Assembly: GCA_041742355.1 (NCBI GenBank)
Contig: JBGSIV010000202.1
Span: forward strand, 1 to 18,217
DNA from: Candidatus Zixiibacteriota bacterium
GTDB lineage: Bacteria > Zixibacteria > MSB-5A5 > GN15 > FEB-12
Direction: 5' to 3'
DNA length: 18,217 nucleotides
Shown here: one piece after another, positions 15,114 to 18,217 of the stretch
Layout of the letters: each line of letters starts with the position of its first letter
Numbering within the stretch: the stretch's first letter is position 1
Position numbers and translations under genes: made by a program
The notes under the pieces: generated by a model
Database searches by the model: none
What the model was told of the DNA's origin: nothing
What the model saw: the letters and a program-made list of their open reading frames with translations, nothing else

Positions 15114-16070
15114 ATGCCATACAACTTCGCTCTGACCGGCGCTTCCGGATTTGTGGCGCCGCGACATCTGAAAGCCATCAAAGACACCGGCAATACGCTC
15201 GTGGCGGCTGTCGATCCGCACGACAGCGTGGGCGTGCTCGACGGCTACTTTGACAAGGTGGCTTTTTTCACCGAGTTCGAGCGTTTTGACCGCCACATCG
15301 AGAAGCTCCGGCGGCTGGGACCGGAACGGGCCATCGACTACGTGTCGATCTGCTCCCCGAACTATCTCCACGACGCCCACTGCCGCTTTGCCCTGCGGGT
15401 TGGCGCCAACGCAGTCTGCGAGAAGCCCCTCGTCCTGAATCCCTGGAATTGCGACGCCCTCGAGGAACTTGAGATCGAAAGCGGCAGGAAGATCTACACC
15501 ATCCTCCAACTCCGGGTTCATCCCGCCCTCATCGCGCTCCGCGACCGCCTCCAGAATCTCCCCGCTGGCGCCAAACGGGATGTCCGGCTGACCTACATCA
15601 CCTCCCGCGGCCAATGGTATCTCGTGTCGTGGAAAGGGCAGATCGAGCGGTCGGGCGGCCTTGCGACCAATATCGGGATCCACTTTTTCGATCTGCTCAT
15701 GTGGTTTTTCGGCAGCGTCCAGCATTCAGAGGTTCACCTCGCCCAGCCGCTGCACACCGCCGGATTCCTCGAACTCGAGCGCGCCCGGGTTCAGTGGTTT
15801 CTCTCGATCGATCAGAATGACCTGCCCGACGAAGCTCGGGCGAAGGGTCAGCGAACGTATCGTTCGATTACGATCGATGGCGAGGAGATCGAGTTCTCGG
15901 AGGGTTTCACCGACCTGCACACGGTGGTCTACCGCGAAACGCTGGCCGGCCGGGGTTTCGGCCTGCAACACGCCCGACCGTCCATCGAACTGGTGCATGA
16001 CCTTCGCGTGGCCACCGCCGTCGGGATCAACGACAATGCCCATCCGCTGGTGAAGAAGCTCCGCAGCTGA
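15114..16070 (+). CDS. wbpB: UDP-N-acetyl-2-amino-2-deoxyglucuronate dehydrogenase (WbpB/WlbA; Gfo/Idh/MocA family)
   Basis: ATG at 15114 after GAGGGA. Motifs FALTGASGFVAPRHLKAIKDTG, DPHDSVGVLD, FFTEFERFDRH, SICSPNYLHDAH, CEKPLVLNPWN, SWKG...SGGLATNIGIHFFD and EFSEGFTDLH; 318 aa. Confidence 0.93.
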   Translation: MPYNFALTGASGFVAPRHLKAIKDTGNTLVAAVDPHDSVGVLDGYFDKVAFFTEFERFDRHIEKLRRLGPERAIDYVSICSPNYLHDAHCRFALRVGANAVCEKPLVLNPWNCDALEELEIESGRKIYTILQLRVHPALIALRDRLQNLPAGAKRDVRLTYITSRGQWYLVSWKGQIERSGGLATNIGIHFFDLLMWFFGSVQHSEVHLAQPLHTAGFLELERARVQWFLSIDQNDLPDEARAKGQRTYRSITIDGEEIEFSEGFTDLHTVVYRETLAGRGFGLQHARPSIELVHDLRVATAVGINDNAHPLVKKLRS

Positions 16071-16092
16071 TTCAAGAAGCACTTGAAAATAC

Positions 16093-16128
16093 GAAAGCCG
16101 CCGATCGGTAGGATCGGCGGCTTCTTTC
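16093..16128. terminator. Bidirectional intrinsic terminator between wbpB and gatD
   Basis: AAGCCGCCGATC(16095-16106)-GGTAG-GATCGGCGGCTT(16112-16123): perfect 12-bp stem flanked by A-rich and T-rich tracts. Confidence 0.85.
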
Positions 16129-16153
16129 ATTCAATCGGAATGCTGCGCCCGAC

Positions 16154-17539
16154 CTACTTGTGGATCTTCCGCAGGAACTCCTCGACCTCGGGAACCCCCC
16201 CCTGGAAGATCAGGTAACCGTTGTAGGGCTCGCGGGCCGTAGTCTCGTCCCCCACTGGAGTCAGCATGAGCCGCTTCACTTCGGCCGGATCATCGGTCTG
16301 CCCGAGCGCCCACGCCAGCTTGATGTAGGCCACTTCCGGCAGCATGTTCTCGGTCGGGATGATCCCGAGGCTCATCAGATCGCGGCCGGTGTCGTACACG
16401 AACATGTGCACGTAACCCCACAGCGTCTGCACGGTCATGTAGATGTGGATCCCGGCTTTGGCCGCTCGTTCGATGGCCGGGTACACCGGCTTGTTGATGT
16501 GCCCCAGCCCGGTGCCGGCGATCACGATCCCGCGGTAATGGTTCTCCCTCAGGGAATCGATGATGTCCGGCATCATGTTCGGGTAGTAGTAGACCATCGC
16601 CACTTTCTCTTCGAAGTACGGCAGGATCGTGACCTCGCGATCCTTGCGGCGGCGGTTGTAGTTCTCCCGCAGCGGCGTGATCTTCTCCCGGTTTACCATC
16701 GCCAGCGGCGTCTCGCCGATAGTCCGGAAGGTCGAACGGTACGACGAGTGCATCTTCCGCACGCGCGTACCGCTGTGGAGCAGGCCATACTCGTCCGAGG
16801 TTGGCCCGAACATGCAGACCATCACTTCGGCAATATCGGATTCGGCCGCAGTCTTGGTGGCGTGAATGAGATTGAGCGCGGCGTCCGATGACGGACGGTC
16901 GCTTGAACGCTGCGACCCGACCATCACAATCGGGATCGGCGATCCCTGCACCATGAACACCAGGGCCGCGGCCGTGTGGTGCATCGTGTCGGTGCCGTGA
17001 CCTATAATGATACCGTCGGTGCCGTTCTCGATTTCACGCCCGATCGCTTTGGCCAGTTCCATGTACTGGTACGGCCCCATGTTTTCGCTGAAGACCGCAA
17101 ACAGCTTCTCGGTGCTCAAGTTGCAGATATCGGCCAGTTCCGGAACCGCGCCATACAGTTCCCCCGGCGAAAAAGCGGGAATCACCGCGCCGGTGCGGTA
17201 GTCGAGGCGCGAGGCAATCGTCCCACCGGTGCCGAGCAGTTTCACGGCGGGCTTGCCCGGCGACACCGGGAACTGCTTCTCCGGGATCTTGTAGTGGGCC
17301 TCTTTGTAGCCGTGCTCCTTCATGTCGAGAATGGTCGCGACATCGATCCCGATGTTGTAGCCGGTGATCAGCTTGAGCACGAGGTGGCGGTCGTCGTCGT
17401 TGATCGACCGCGGCAGGAGAATGCCGCTGAACACACCCCGCGTAGTGCTGATCTCGGTTTCGCACCAGACCCTGATATTGTGCTTCTCGAGCACTCCGCG
17501 CGCCGCCCCCCGGTATCCCTTCATGACATCCTCGGTCAT
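16154..17539 (-). CDS. gatD: Glutamyl-tRNA(Gln) amidotransferase subunit D (archaeal-type GatD)
   Basis: ATG at 17539 after GAAGGAGG, overlapping the gatE stop (ATGA). GatD N-terminal domain (GILLP...LVLKLITGYNIGI) plus an asparaginase-fold core: TGGTIASRLDYRTGAV, HGTDT, GSQRSSDRPSSDA, VRKMHSSYRSTF, NMLPEVAYIKLAWALG. 461 aa. Confidence 0.95.
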   Translation of the reverse strand: MTEDVMKGYRGAARGVLEKHNIRVWCETEISTTRGVFSGILLPRSINDDDRHLVLKLITGYNIGIDVATILDMKEHGYKEAHYKIPEKQFPVSPGKPAVKLLGTGGTIASRLDYRTGAVIPAFSPGELYGAVPELADICNLSTEKLFAVFSENMGPYQYMELAKAIGREIENGTDGIIIGHGTDTMHHTAAALVFMVQGSPIPIVMVGSQRSSDRPSSDAALNLIHATKTAAESDIAEVMVCMFGPTSDEYGLLHSGTRVRKMHSSYRSTFRTIGETPLAMVNREKITPLRENYNRRRKDREVTILPYFEEKVAMVYYYPNMMPDIIDSLRENHYRGIVIAGTGLGHINKPVYPAIERAAKAGIHIYMTVQTLWGYVHMFVYDTGRDLMSLGIIPTENMLPEVAYIKLAWALGQTDDPAEVKRLMLTPVGDETTAREPYNGYLIFQGGVPEVEEFLRKIHK

Positions 17540-18081
17540 CGCGACACCTCCTTCTCGACTTTGGCGCGGAGGGTGTCGAACGGCACATTCCCGAGCGCGG
17601 ACGGTCGAAGCTGGCCCATGATCCACTGTATTGCAGCATCCGGCGCCTTGGATCGTTTGTGTCTCCTGAACCGGCCGAACAGCGCCGGAATCGACGCCAG
17701 CACCTCATCGACAGTCCGCGGGCGGTAGCCGATTCGCCCGAGCGCGGCTTCCGGATTCACCGCCGGGCTGGCGATCATCATGGGCAACAGCTCCTTGAGT
17801 ATCTCCCGGTCGAGCTTCCGTTCGTGCACAAAGGCGAAGAGTTGATACAGCCGTTCGCGGTCAATCTTCGTCCGTCGACCGAGAGTCCCCTCGATGTTCT
17901 TCAGCAGATGGCCAAACAGTTTGCCGACCCACGACGGGCTGCAGTCGAACTCGGCGATCACCCGCTCCATCAGCGGCACCAGGTTCTTCCGCAAGATGTA
18001 GCTGTGGGCATCCGGTGGGACATTCCACGTCCGCAACTGCTGACGGCGCTCGGAGAGGTCTTTCGGAAGGCTCCGCCGCAT
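17536..18081 (-). CDS. gatE: Glutamyl-tRNA(Gln) amidotransferase subunit E (GatE), C-terminal ~180 aa only; 5' part replaced at a junction near 18070-18082
   Basis: Helical protein ending in a GatB/Yqey-like tail ([16 protein letters not shown]), translationally coupled to gatD. The catalytic cradle is absent, and the frame hits TAG/TGA at 18136-18141 inside unrelated sequence. The call rests on the tail motif plus adjacency to gatD. Confidence 0.75.
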   Translation of the reverse strand: MRRSLPKDLSERRQQLRTWNVPPDAHSYILRKNLVPLMERVIAEFDCSPSWVGKLFGHLLKNIEGTLGRRTKIDRERLYQLFAFVHERKLDREILKELLPMMIASPAVNPEAALGRIGYRPRTVDEVLASIPALFGRFRRHKRSKAPDAAIQWIMGQLRPSALGNVPFDTLRAKVEKEVSR

Positions 18082-18217
18082 TTGTCGTACTTCATCCCTT
18101 GAATATTGGTGGTGTCTTTCAGCGAATAACCGCCGCTATCAAAAGTCAGGGCTTTTCCTACCAGGACCACAGGTTTCTCCGTCGTCAATCCGGGATTGCC
18201 TGGATATTCAAGTATGA
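18069..18217 (-). other. pepA: Internal fragment of an M17 leucyl aminopeptidase gene, joined out of frame to gatE
   Basis: Frame open from the right edge: [49 protein letters not shown], the M17 metal-binding motif GKxxTFDxGGxxLK...MKxD. Similarity stops abruptly afterwards. Confidence 0.88.

Noticed and set aside
16154..17539. Plain L-asparaginase (ansA)
   Set aside because: The GatD-specific N-terminal domain, the ASRLDYRTGAV and QRSSDRPSSD motifs and coupling to a GatE-like gene favour GatD.
17970..18188. 72-aa ORF as a real mini-protein, or a programmed pepA-gatE frameshift fusion
   Set aside because: Both parts are internal fragments lacking essential domains, there is no slippery site, and GC shifts at the join; a chimera is more parsimonious.

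Overview
Roughly 60% GC bacterial DNA, probably from a diderm anaerobe of the FCB group. The 'GDxxxxxxxxVSDLTxLVNYLFxGG' dockerins, a porin-cytochrome module and archaeal-type GatDE suggest candidate phylum Zixibacteria, which is an inference only. Left to right: a partial DUF401-like membrane protein, a flavin reductase, a secreted beta-propeller/transglutaminase, a stand-alone DsrE/YedF-like sulfur carrier, a secreted papain-family protease (PKD, cohesin-like and dockerin modules), an Old Yellow Enzyme and a tRNA-dihydrouridine synthase. Next is a three-gene extracellular electron transfer operon: an MtrA/DmsE-type decaheme with an extra CWCH motif, a compact outer-membrane beta-barrel and an acidic hexaheme NrfA/OcwA-fold lipoprotein. 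A perfect Pho-box-like direct repeat precedes it. A second secreted-protein cluster follows (DxDxDG protein, beta-barrel, and an apparently circularly permuted Omp28/thioredoxin-PKD-dockerin protein), then an orphan wbpB, and archaeal-type gatD with the 3' part of gatE. The last ~140 bp are a low-GC leucyl aminopeptidase fragment joined out of frame to gatE, most likely an assembly chimera. No rRNA, tRNA, CRISPR or mobile element was recognised. All family calls come from motif recognition, not database searches.
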